A stretch of 64,000 nucleotides of DNA from Lytechinus pictus (lineage: Eukaryota). How positions within the stretch are numbered: the first letter of the stretch is position 1; every line of letters starts with the position of its first letter. This document shows positions 37,068 to 50,159 of the stretch, in pieces. The notes under the pieces were generated by a model, which did not search any database, was not told the origin of the DNA, and saw nothing but the letters and a program-made list of their open reading frames with translations. A program made the translations under genes and the position numbers. The DNA lies in NCBI RefSeq assembly GCF_037042905.1, contig NC_087263.1, positions 14,138,001-14,202,000 of the forward strand, in the 5' to 3' direction.

Positions 37068-37466
37068 TTCATGCATGTTCCTTGTATAATTAAATATTAA
37101 ATGCTAATCATTGTAATTCATTTCCAATATTATGTAGATGAATTTGAGTTAAACTAAATGTATTTAAACGTGTGAATTAAATTACATTCAGAAGTACATG
37201 TACATGTAGGCTAATATGTGATCTTTGAAGACTGTTTGAAGATTGTATTTTCACCCTTTGAATACTGTATTTAACTCTTTGAAGACTGCATTTCATTCTT
37301 GAAGGACTAATTAATTTCTGCTCTTGTGCATGATAAATATGAATAATGAAAGTAGTATAAAAGAAATGTAAAGTTATGTAAAGAATGAAATATGTACATT
37401 CTTCGTTAAGAGATTATCAAGATTAGTATTGTATCTGAAGCATATGTTATGTGATGCCATTTGATG

Positions 37467-37530
37467 AATAAACTAAGAAATAAAATCATAAATTTTGAAA
37501 TTGTAATTTTTGTGTTCTGTTTTGGTGTAT
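37467..37530 (+). promoter_or_regulatory. Candidate distal USP47 polyadenylation signal
   Basis: Two AATAAA followed about 25-30 nt later by a GT/T-rich tract (ttttgtgttctgttttggtgt). Not unique: other AATAAA occur at about 32608-32640 and 32972. Confidence 0.35.
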
Positions 37531-37819
37531 ATGCAAGAGGAAAGCTAAAACCAAAGACTACATGTACATAGAAAGGTACATGTATGTTGAGGAAGGAAAG
37601 CAGTCAATTGGCCTGAACTAGGATACTCGAGACCGAAGGAAGTGGAAAGAGGGATGTCATGGCTCGAGTCCGTAACCCTCCGTAAGAGGGGAAATGCTGA
37701 CTGAAATAAATGACGGATTAATGTGTGCATGTCCTGTAGATAAACTGAATTCGTTCCTTGTATCCCACATGTCTTATTTCAAAGCTTTCCTCCTGTTGGC
37801 AAAGGATAAAACTCCATGT

Positions 37820-38127
37820 CCCCTATTCTGAAGTCGGGTTTAACTTAAACTCAGGTTTAAAGTTGTGGTTTAAGTATGGAGAGCCAATTGTTACATAAAT
37901 CACGAACCGTAGAGATATCATACTTCAGCTCATTTGGCTCTCAAATCATTCATAATTGACTTTGAAGTATAAAAAGATTATTGTCTTCACCATCGATGAA
38001 TCAGGAAAGAGCACAGTAAACTTAAAAAACATACAACTTAATAAAACATTGATACTTTTGGCTTCCTATACTTAAACCACAATTTTAAACCTGAGTTTAA
38101 GTTAAACCCGACTTCAGAATACGGGCC
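37820..38127. mobile_element. MITE, copy 2 (see 36752-37067)
   Basis: Direct similarity to copy 1 and the same TIRs. Confidence 0.85.
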
Positions 38128-38439
38128 CATTATTCTAACCATGAAGCTATTATAGCTCTATGTTCTAACCTTCAAATACAATGTTCATGTACTTGAAGCA
38201 TGTACATTATGTGGTGCTAAAAAGTTAATAGTGAACCCCACCAGAAAATGCACTCCTTCATGCTAAGTGTTGAATGTAGGCAACAACACTGCAATGTTTG
38301 GCAAGCCCAGTGGAACAAACTTTATTGAATGTAATATTTTATTACCTGACTTCATGAATAAGTATCTAAAAGATGGCAGAACTTGAATACTTTTAAAGAT
38401 GTTCTTTTCTTTTTCAGGGAGGGTTCACTAACTTTTTAG

Positions 38440-38917
38440 CCCGGGGGGGGGGGGGGGGGGGCACTGCCATTGACGAGTGGATACTCGACCTTGGGGTCTC
38501 GAAAAGCACCCTAAACAAGTATTCCCCATATTCTGAATTGAACCCCTAAACAACTACAGCGAAATTTTGATTGTCACGGACGTTGGTTTTACCTTTACCT
38601 ACATCATTGGGTTTCATACCGCCCCACCTCCCACACCTTCGCAAATCATGCGTATTGTTGACTGTTGGGTCAAATGGTACACATCCTTCACAAGACATTT
38701 TAGTCTTGATTTTTTATACCCTCGCAAATTTAACCCTAAACACGTATAGCTTTCCGAGCGAAATAGATGCCCTTTTTTCATATTTTTAGTGTTTTTGACA
38801 CCCTTATTACGTTAGGTATGTAACATGCCCTATCTTGAAAAAGACATCCTTTTTTACGTGTTTTTTTGGTTTATCCACTCGTCAATGTAAGTGCCCCCCC
38901 CCCCCCCCTCCCCCGGG
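38440..38917. mobile_element. TIR element with CCCGGG-poly(G) termini and 8-bp TSD
   Basis: CTTTTTAG|CCCGGG(G)nCACT..CATTGACGAGTGGATA ... TATCCACTCGTCAATG..AGTG(C)nCCCGGG|CTTTTTAG. Confidence 0.88.
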
Positions 38918-40160
38918 CTTTTTAGCACCAATGTATCTCAAATTGGGTTTAGCCCAAGTGGCAATTGAATTTACCAAATGGCTAATAGAAAAAACTAGGA
39001 TTAGACCATGTGGGAAGAGACCAAATGGAAAGTAGACAAAGTGGGTGTATCCCAAGTGGCAATTTACCATCTTTTAGGGCTAAAAAGTAAAGACAGAAAA
39101 GTAGAACAGACGAACAAGTTAAGGAGACTTGAGTAAAATCACAAATATAACTTTTTATTTATATCAATTACAAACAAATATATTTGATATAGCTATAGCA
39201 CAACACAGAACAAGCAAGCTAATCTAATAAACTTTCATATTTAAAGATAGCACACAGGTGTTAAAAAAAAAGAAAAAGGGGAAGTTCATCCTTTCGATAG
39301 TATTGTTTTAATAAGAGCAGGAAAATTAAAGAAACTGTTATAAATAAAAGATGAAGTAATAATAAAAGACAAAGTAAAAATCCATCAATGAATTACATGT
39401 AAGAGTTAATAGATTAAAAAAAATAATTTTGATGTCCAAGTGTATGTGATACATGTAAGAATTACATAAAATATCATTTTTTCTGGAAAATTGTATATTA
39501 TTTTTCTTGTGCATACAATATATCATTAGAGATGTCACTTCAAAGAAGCTTTTCTGAGAAAAATATTTTCAGAATCGAGAAACATTTATAAAGAATTTGA
39601 ATGTATAGAATTTATATCACGTGACACAATGTACATTGAAGCTGCTTGGATTTTATCACAAAATCAAAACTAAGAAACCCCCCCCCATAAATCGGATGTT
39701 CTTTAATGGATGCTGTCACTAACACTTATTAATGACATTCTTGAGATTCTCTCTCTCTTTAAGAAAAGGTATTAAAAGCCAACTTGATGTCACGGTGGAA
39801 TTCCCCGTCAACCATCAAATGCATGACGATGAATCACCTTTGAAAAAAAAAGAAAATTGTCTAGTTTCAAAGAGTTCCCAGTTTGAGGGATTTCATCAAT
39901 TCTAAACAAATTCCTGAACGTTATGCAGAATTCCAAGGTCAAGTCAAATTCATCCTTTTACCCCATTTTGATTACCGTAAACATAATTTATTCTGTATTG
40001 ATTCAAATCGTACTCCTAATGCACAATAGTTTGGTACCCAAATATTGCATGTTGTTATTAAGCAATTCAGAGGCGGCAGAACAATTTTTTTACAAGGTAC
40101 AGGTAACTGGATATTTTTTTTTGGGGGGGGGGGATGAAGGGTTTAGAATGCATAAATTAA

Positions 40161-40663
40161 AGGGAAGTTCACCCTGACAAAAATTTTATTGTAAAAATAG
40201 CAGAAAAACATAAAATATTGGCGATGGGTTGAGAAGAATCCATCAAAGAAGAAGATAATTATTAGAATTTTAATTTGATTTGTGACGTCATATGCGAGCA
40301 GCTTTCCTACATATCAAATGATAAAAAAAATCAATGAAATGTCATTTTCTCAGAAAATTGAAATTGATTTTCATTGTACCTTCAGTATATCAATACATAA
40401 GTCATTTCACATCCGCTCCTAAAAAGAAAATGAAAAATAAGTCATCACGTACCATTAAAAAAATGAAATTTATGCATTTTATACTGCATTACATATACAT
40501 GTAGGGCAGCTGCTTGTTTGTGACGTCACAAATCAAAAACTTGAAATTCTAATAACTTTCTTAATATGTCATGGATTTTTCTCAACCATATAATACCAAT
40601 ATTTTTTTAATAATTTTTCCTGGAATTTTTACAACGAAATTTTCATCAGGGTAAACTTCCCCT
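40161..40663. mobile_element. Kolobok-like MITE with TTAA TSD
   Basis: TTAA|AGGGAAGTTCACCCTGA ... TCAGGGTAAACTTCCCCT|TTAA. Confidence 0.82.
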
Positions 40664-40765
40664 TTAAAGACTAGCTGCAAAATGATAGCACACATGAAAA
40701 TCCATATTTTATTGTTCGATATAGACATGAAATACTCCGAAAATTTGATTTGCCCAATTGATCGT

Positions 40766-40941
40766 GGGCCCGGCAGCCGCTGTGCAGTGCCAGATCGACG
40801 AGGCTCTATCCCTTTAATCGTTGAACGCCAAACAGGGTAGCAGCAACTCCCATCTTTTAACGTCTTTTGGTCTGACGCCGCCGGGGTTTGAACCCCCGAC
40901 CTCCCGGTTGTGAGACGGACGCTCTACCAACTGAGCCAACA
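40766..40941 (-). mobile_element. tRNA-derived SINE, 3'-truncated
   Basis: Minus strand reads ttggctcagttggtagagcg...gggggttcaaacccc, followed by a non-tRNA body. Confidence 0.75.
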
Positions 40942-43900
40942 CATTGGCCAACACATCCAAAACAAGTTATATAAATGTCAGTGTTCAATGAATATTGCAT
41001 CATTTGATGTATAACTAAAAACTACCTAAAAAGCTATGATTAGTACATGATTACAGATCAAAGGGGAAATTAATACAGCTGAAAATAATATTTAAATACT
41101 GTATATATAGAAATTCTATGAGTAAAATACTGAAAATTTTATCAAAATCTGATAACAAATAACGTTTGTTAACATAAAAGTTAGCAATATTTTGTGAAAA
41201 CATTTATATGCATGCCATCATGAATATGCAATACATGGAATCATGATTTCATATTTTCATACATTGGAGTTAAACATGTCTCCTTTGTAACTAAATAAGT
41301 TTCAGCAATGATATAATACACATAATTCAATATTCAATCTTATTGTTATATTCCTAGAGAACAAATGTAAAACACAAAAGAATAAGTCGGGAAATGATGT
41401 AACCAGCGCGCTCATTGCATATTATTAAATGAAATTGGTATTTTTTATATTTAAAAAAACAGTAAATACTGAAGAAAAAAAAGTCATGATCTCTGATATT
41501 ATCTTCTGCGTGTTAGTGGAAAGAGATCTATTAACTCAGTTGAGATCTCTGACATCACCTTTTGTGTAAAATACATTACCAGATCTAAAATAGATTGATT
41601 TTCTCATAGATCTCAATAATCGTTTATGTCTTCATCCCCCCCCCCCAAACAACAAGAAAATAAATGCAAAAAAAAAATCCTAAACAAATTAAAAAAAATC
41701 AAAATCTCTGAAACAATCTACAGGTGTATAATACATTACCATGAAGTAGAAAAGGGTTTACATTGAAAATATAGAGTGTATCTACATGAATGATAAATTG
41801 ATTGATTGATTGATAACAAATTAACGACACTATCAACACATGCGTGTCATATAAGTGTCGGACAGTTAATCTGGAAAGGTTACTATAATACAGTACAAGT
41901 TACCCTAATGCAACTTTACAAAGGAACGGGATTATAAATAAGTGATCATCAGTAATAAATTAATACGTTAACTACTTCCCCGGGATAACTTCCCTACTCT
42001 TTACGAAAGAGCGGTGCCATGATGTCACCCCCCCCCCCCCCCGATCATAAGAGTGGTCATAATTGCCCTATGCATTTAAGGTTTGACAGATACATGTATA
42101 TCACAATGTCAAGGACCTAAACTTTGAAATGATGCTTCTGAAATGAGGAAATATTTAATCATCACAATTGAGTGCCAGTACTGTCGACTATACATGTGTA
42201 CATTAATTTGCAAACATTCAAAGACAAATATTTTTTCATGGAAACATGTGGTGCATTAGCACGGACTTTCGCGCTGCCGATACTACCCCATCTACGTCGG
42301 GTCAGCGTTAGTCTGAAGAAGCCTGCAGAACGTGTGGGCGAAGCTCACAAGGTAAAAACCAAATTGATTGTGGAAAGATAAAAATTTGTTAGAAAAGCAT
42401 TAGCATATTATAGTATATAAAAGAAATATTTCCAAGGCAATATTAGCTACATGTCAATGCCACACCTTACTGTACACGTGATCATTCTTCAAAAATCCCA
42501 GTCCAAATCCTCCATAAAGGCTGCATTATGATCAAAGTTTCAAAATTGCAAATATTGCCATAAACACAAACACATGATTATTATCTTTCCAAAATTGAAC
42601 GGTACAATCAAGATTTACAATTCATACATAAAGCTGTACAAATACAATTAAGAACATTTTTATCACATACACAAAAATATAAGAAGTATTACTAGATAAA
42701 TGTGAACATAACAGCAAGACTTAACATTTGGCAATTGTTGGTGCATGACAATACAATATTTTGACAAGAAAAGTGCTTTAAATACTGACCTTACATTACA
42801 TGTCGGGGAAAGTACTTCATTGATTCAAATGTGCAGCAATTTGAATTTAATGGTAATGCAATACCCAAGAAAAAATAATACCCTTAAAATCCTAGATAGT
42901 ACAATGAACTCGAGAGGAATTACATGATTAATGCGTACACGTCCTCAGAGATATTTTCTCTATCCCCTCCTTTATAGGGTATAAAACAGGGGAGGGTTTT
43001 ATTTGTCAGTGATTTTCTCATACTGTTTTGCTCTAAGCCAATCAGATTCATGGATTCGCAGGAGCTTATAACAATTTTCACTGACCATCTGTTTTGTGAA
43101 AAGCTCACTAAAAGCACACTAACGAAATGACCAACTTCAACCCTGGGTTTAATGCTATACCATATCCTAAACCTAACATAAAACCCTATTGCAACCCTAA
43201 CCCTATATCTTAAACAAAATATTGCCGGAGCAAATATTGTGTCACCGTTTTCACCATTAAAGTATTAGAAAGGAGCAGAGTAAGCATAACATAAAAATGT
43301 AAACAAAATTTTGACATTCACGGCTTTCCATAATTGTAGTACAGAGCTCGACCATGATTGTACCGACTTCAGAATAAGGGCCAAGGGTTGCCCTTCCTAT
43401 CTTGTCTTACCAGATTTTCTGGCACCGCCATTTACGAGCCAAGCGAAGCTTTCTATAATGATTAATAAAAGCAAGTGCAAAGATACATCAAGCTATCAAA
43501 AAGGAACTGCCTACTCAATTATACCAATGGAAGGTATACATGTACAAGTAGCTTCTGCAATTTGCAGAATTACATGCACATATAAAAGTCAACTACAAAA
43601 TGAATGCAGGAATGGGGGGGGGGGGTCACAGGCCTAGACCCTCCCTTAAGAGTTTTTAATTGGGGGGAGGGCTTGTGATTTTTTTTTAGTGGGAAAATCA
43701 TTTCAGTGAGTGGTGAGTGATAACCTTTGTTTCTTTTTCTTGGACAAGTTTTTTTTTTTAAAGGAGGGCCCAAAGCCCCCTATGGAAAATCCTGGATCCA
43801 CCCCTGTCTAATTATAAGCAGTGCAAATTCCTTGGTGTACTAATGTACTGTCCAAGCTTCATTCTATCGAACCACATGGATACATGTAGATCATGCCAAC

Positions 43901-44185
43901 ATAAAACACAAATATTTGCAATTGATCACAAAATACCAATTACGATTATTACAAAAATGTAGAAATTTACATAGCAGTTTGACTCACTGGGCTTAAAAAG
44001 AAGCCAGAGCATGTTTAAGCCCCCATACATGTATGTACTGTACTGTACAATACAAAGTCTGAAAAGACCTACATGTACATGGGAAGTTGTCAGTCAGGAC
44101 CCGAATTCAGGCAAAATCCTAAAGACTGGCATCTCTATAAAATGTAGTGCATTTGGCTATAAAAAAAGTGCATACATGTACCAGT

Positions 44186-44880
44186 GCTGTCTCAGATTTG
44201 TAAAATGTAATTGATTGCAAAGTTTTGTCTGATGGAGACCCAAGAAGCTTCAATAATTTATGAGCTAGACTGCAGTCTCAGATTTGTACAATGTAATTAA
44301 TTGCAAGGATTTGTCTGATGGAGGTCTACCCAAGAAGCTTCAATTATTTTATGTGCCAGATTGCAGTTTCAGATTTGTACAATGTAATTGATTGCAAAGT
44401 TTTGTCTGATGGAGACCCAAGAAGCTTCAATAATTTATGAGCTAGACTGCAGTCTCAGATTTGTACAATGTAATTAATTGCAAGGATTTGTCTGATGGAG
44501 GTCTACCCAAGAAGCTTCAATTATTTTATGTGCCAGATTGCAGTTTCAGATTAGTACAATGTAATTGATTGCAAAGTTTTGTCTGATGGAGACCCAAGAA
44601 GCTTCAATCATTTATGAGCTAGACTGCAGTCTCAGATTTGTACAATGTAATTAATTGCAAGGATTTGTCTGATGGAGGTCTACCCAAGAAGCTTCAATTA
44701 TTTTATGTGCCAGATTGCAGTTTCAGATTTGTACAATGTAATTGATTGCAAAGTTTTGTCTGATGGAGACCCAAGAAGCTTCAATAATTTATGAGCTAGA
44801 CTGCAGTCTCAGATTTGTACAATGTAATTAATTGCAAGGATTTGTCTGATGGAGGTCTACCCAAGAAGCTTCAATTATTT
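44186..44880 (+). repeat. Satellite with 86+91-bp monomers forming a 177-bp higher-order unit, about 4 dimers
   Basis: gtctcagatttgtacaatgtaattaattgcaagg starts at 44275, 44452, 44629 and 44806. Confidence 0.95.
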
Positions 44881-45979
44881 CATTGTGTACATGTAAGTTA
44901 CATAGCAACCAAGTTCCTGAAGAAAATTGTATGAATTTTGTATATCTTGTACCTAGCTTGTGTGAGGATGTGCAGTGTACACGCATCATACATGTAGCAT
45001 ACATACATGCATTGTATACCCAAACAAGCTTTCAGGAAAAAATCTAAATAATGAAACAGCAAGGTCATGTAAATGTATGTAGAATGTTGTACTGAGAAGT
45101 ACTAGAGAAATTCTGAGGGTACACCAAAATATCCTATCATTCTGATAATGACGTAGAAATGCACAAATCAATGTAGATTTTTCCCAAAAAAATTCTATCA
45201 TGGGTAATTTAAAAAGAAATATTTGTTTAAAAATTCTTCAAGCCTGGATGATCAGAGAACGTTTGATTGTTTGCTACGGAGTAGTAGAGACTAGCACCAA
45301 ATTAATTCACTGAAAAGCAAATCAGCATATATATGTAGTGTAGCGACAGTGCATACCGTATATATAAATAGGATTCTAAACACAGGGTAGGAAATACATG
45401 TAATTTCTATTTTTTAAGGGGCTATCTTGTTTTGCACATTAGGGTGATTGCAGAATTTTGGGGGCAATTTCTTTCATTTTAAAGGCTACTTTTTTATACT
45501 GCATTATTATGCAGTATAAAAGAAAATATCATTATTCTGCCATATATCTCGAGAGTTATAATATTGATTTTCTAAACAATCTTGAATATTGATTGTGACC
45601 GATCTTTGGGCGAATCTAGAAAGAACGGTTGCCCCAAAGTATACATATTGGTGAAATTATAGGGGCGATTAGGGCGGTCACGAGGGCAAAATCGTCCATC
45701 GTCTTAATGCCTACGCTGCTAAAACATGAAAATATCATGTACATGTATGATCTTTACAATCATCGATCCCCCCCCCCTCATTCATACATAGTTCACGTAC
45801 ATGTACAGTATTACATGTACGTGGAGGTATCCAGATGCAGCCTGTCTTCCTATAAAAATCCCATCCTCAAATCAACTCCTATTAAAGCAAAAAATACTTT
45901 TTGAATGATGCATCATATAGACAAATATAATAATGAATCAATGTCCAACATCTGAGAAATTCATCAAATAGAAAATACA

Positions 45980-48553
45980 TTGCAGAGCATGATCGGTTAA
46001 GGGTTAGCATTGAGGTGAAATTTTTTTTTAAAGATATTTCTATCAAAATTGCTTTTAAGATAATCTTTGATATCTCAGGTTTCAAAGAACTCAGTTTCAT
46101 TAAGATTGATAAATCCGAAAGTACTGGAATAGTCCATTTTATTCGTGGGGGTGCTATTACCTCTCATCACGGACGGACATTTTTACTCAAATTAAATTCT
46201 CTCTAGTTTTATTGTTTTTAAAGTTATTCTAATTTGGTTTGGATATTCTTGCACTCTGAACATTAATCTATTATCAAACATAAATTAGTATAAAAAAAAT
46301 ATTGGGAAGTAATTTTTTTTGGTAGGTGTGAACATTTCCATTTTGAAATTTCCGTCCGTGATGAAAAAAAATATAAAAAGTTTTTTTATTTTTTATCAAA
46401 ATAGAAATATAAAATAAAAAGGTGTAGAGGTATCTCACTAAACACTGTACATCATTTTATTTGAACATAGCTGAAATCCGTACATTTTATCCATATCATA
46501 ATCTCAATCAAAAATGATCACGGACGGACATTAATTTCATCACGGACGGACAATGTAAATTCACTCAAATTCAATTCACTCTAGTTTTATTGTTTTCAAA
46601 GTTACTCCAATTTGGTTTGGATTTTCTTGTACTCTGAACATTAATCTATCATCAAACATAAATTAGAAAAAAAAAGTATGGGAAGTAAATTTTTCTGGTA
46701 GATGTAAACATTCCATTTTGAAATTTCCGTCCGTGATGAAATTTATGTCCGTCCGTGATCATTTTTATTGAGTTTATGATATGGATAATATGTATGGATT
46801 CAGCTTTTTATTCTTTATCAGAATAGAAACAAAAATAAAAGTGTGTAGAAGTATCTCACTAGACACTGCACATCATTTCATTTGAATATAGCTAAAATCC
46901 ATACATTTTATCCATATCATAAATCAATCAAAATGATCGCAGACGGACATTAATTTCATCACGGACAGACAATGAGCAAATACTGAGCAGATTATGAATT
47001 TAATTTTAGTTCCAATTTGCAGTGAAAAATGGTACTGAGAATTATTCAGAACTCAAATGGATGGAAACCTACAACTCTTCACAATTTTTTGTGAAATCTT
47101 TCTTTGGCTCTTATTGGGGCTTAATTGTTGTCAGGAATTTTTTTTAAACAATTGGAATGCAGATAGAGTTGGAAGCTACATGTATGCCAAAAAGCAGGAA
47201 ATGAAATAGAGCAAGAATAAGTCAAAAGCTGTATATTTCATCAATTGAAGCTTGCAGAAAGTGATGGAAAAGAAGAAAGTAGAATGCATATTCTGATAAG
47301 CAGAAAAAAAAAAATCATCATTTTTTTCCATGTACAAACCTATGGACTCACAATGCTTCTAATAGAACATGACATCACGTCCTTAAGGCTTGTGAAAAAT
47401 ACAAGAATTCCTTTTTTTTTTAAGTCCATTTTGGAGCTAATTTTGAGCAAATTGCTGATCTGGTAATCTGTGAAATTGCATACAATTCATATAAAGCTTG
47501 CACTGCAGTGTTTAGAAGTTTAATTGGTATCTGATTTCAATTTTGGATTCAGTCAGGGCCTAAATACATGAGGGCTGTTGATGTGAAGGGGTGTCTCCAC
47601 TTTAGTATGGACAAAAGATGAATTTGAAGAGAGCCTAGACAAGTGTTGTGGTCATACTTGATCCACCAAACAAGCATAATGATCAGCAACCTGTGAATCT
47701 TTTGGATTTAGTTAATGGACATAAAAAAAATCTGTGCTCTTCGAAAATTTATGCCTAAAAATGTATGAACATGTATCATCATGATAATGATATATCATAA
47801 AAAGTATCAACATGATCATTGAATCCACTGGATGTTGATTTGGTACCAACTATAGTATTCTCTAACTTGAAAAGAAGACAATGTGCATTAGGATATTTGA
47901 TTTTGAAAAGAACTGTGTTTAAAAGCAATCATATGGCTAGATTATCTTGTGTGTCTAGCATAGAAATCATGTTGCTACAACTTAAATCAAGTTGTAGCAA
48001 CTTGATTGTGCAACTAATATTGTTTAATCATATTAAAAAATGTACAAATCATCAATACAATAGCATTTGTTCCCCCAAACAAGTAATACGAACTTCTTAC
48101 AAGGTACTTCCAATGTATTTTAATTGTGTCCGTCCGTGATGTCCGTCCGAGATGTCCGTCCGTGATGGAAAATATTTGCAATTCTCTCAGAAGTTTGATA
48201 TTGGTTAAGAATTCAATATGCTAAACATAGAAGCTAACATACCTGAGTGTAAGTTGCATTAACAATTATTGGTCAAAGTTAAGCTATTTAGATAGAAACA
48301 ATAAAAATGTTCAAAAATTCTGAAAACCACATTTCTATCATGTCCGTCCGTGATATGGCACATTTAGTGGCTACCTATGTTTGTAGGTAACCATGGCAAC
48401 AAACTTTTTTCATCATTCTGCATACTTTGTCCTACCCTTCACTATAAAACACAAAGGAACCATGTTCATCTTATTCCTAATTTGTTACAAGCCTTCAAAG
48501 TTTTCAAAATCTATCAAATGTCCGTCCGTGATGAACCGATCACGCTCTGCAAC
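45980..48553. mobile_element. Non-autonomous or decayed DNA transposon with subterminal ATCACGGACGGAC arrays
   Basis: TTGCAGAGCATGATCGGTT at about 45980 and AACCGATCACGCTCTGCAA at about 48535; a dozen or more tccgtccgtgat/atcacggacgga motifs near both ends. Confidence 0.65.
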
Positions 48554-48739
48554 CCTGCGCTATTAGGGTGAAGCACATAAAGAAATAATAATTCATATAA
48601 AATATTGAAACATTCATTATTCAACACAGGACATTTTTATCCTGATTTTTTTTCCCTGATTGATTTGTAAAATTGCAGGATGGATGATTAATGGGAGCAC
48701 TTTTACATATTAAAAGTGCTCCCATTATTAAGTGAATAT

Positions 48740-49043
48740 ATTAATAACAATAATAATAATTATAATAGGCATTTGTATAGTGCCATCTATCTAGAAAAAA
48801 ATCTATTTCAAGGCGCACTGTCATTATTATTATCATCACCTCGGCCTTCGCTTGAGCTGCATTTCAGATCTAATGCATTCAAGGAATTAATCCTGCCGGG
48901 TACCCATTCACCTCACGTGGGTCGAGTGCAGCACAGTGTGGATAAATTTCTTGCTGAAGGAAAACACGTCATGGCTAGGATTCGAACCCAAGACCCTCTG
49001 TTTGAAAAGCGAGAGCCAGAACCACTAGACCACGACGCACCCA
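48740..49043 (-). mobile_element. tRNA-derived SINE, same family as 6027-6317
   Basis: Reverse-complement similarity to 6027-6317 (ccttcagcaagaaatt.atccacactgtgctgcactc, gaatgggtacc), with an (ATT)n tail. Confidence 0.85.
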
Positions 49044-50159
49044 CAATATATTCCAGTTGATATTGTTTGGACACAAACCAAAGTACATGTATGACACAAA
49101 GTACTAGAAGAGAGCAAAATAATGTTATGTGAATAATGATGTGGGTATAAAGTTCTTGCTTGGTTAACAGTGAATTCGGAATGAACAATCTAATGTATGG
49201 GTGGTGTGACCTTAATTTGTGCATTACCTAATTTTACGCATGGTCAAATATCTCTTTATCTAATTAATATCTTGAAAACTGATATCACCAACAGAAAAAG
49301 CGACCCAAACTTACTCAGTATGGTAATTTTCTAAAAGGTAAGGACTCAATTTGTAAAAATATTGGCAAAACATCAGCAAATTTTGTTACCTTTTTGTGTC
49401 CGCTCCGAGAAGATCCAATCTTCTCGGAAAGCATCAAGAAATCGCCAGTGTGCAAGCTGAGGTCTCCAAATGAGTAAAATGTGATACCAACCGAATTTAT
49501 GGCATTTTAACCTCAATCTGATATAGTTATCTTACATGTACCTTTGTCTGCTTGATTTCATTTCTAAAGCTTTGCAAAACGATCGTGCGCAAAATAAGGC
49601 CACACTTTTTAATGACACTTTTTTAGCCGAGCGCAATAGTGGATTGCCAAGGAATTTTGAGATTGTGATACCAGCGAGAACCCTGACCTACTTTATAATT
49701 CCGTCAAGCGAATTTAACTTTGGGATCTTACCTTCTGTCTGGTATTAATGATTTTGATTAATTTTGTGTGAACTGTGAGAAATTTTTGATTGAAAATCAA
49801 CTTCATAATTTTTTTAATGTGTGCAAATTACAGTCACCCCATCATACAAATACAGTGTACATACATGTACATGTAGCTTGTACCATGAGACACATTGTCA
49901 AGACTGTGCCACGTCATTAATAGCAGGAATCCCCCTATGCATTTTTTTTTCACTGCAGCTTTCATCCATTCCCCATTTCATTGTCTATATAATGAAATGC
50001 GATGATTGATATTAAAATGAGAAGCTGCTTGCTGAATTCCTGCAGGAAAAAAAGTGGCTCTTAGTTTTGACAAAGTGCCTTTACATTGTTCTTGGTGTTT
50101 TTTTGTTTTTGGTTGTCTCACACAATATGCGCAAAAGGAGAGCACAATGTACAATTCTA

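Noticed and set aside
43135..43210. Telomere-like (CCTAA/ACCCTA) words
   Set aside because: Only a few degenerate units within a likely transposon fragment; not an interstitial telomeric array.
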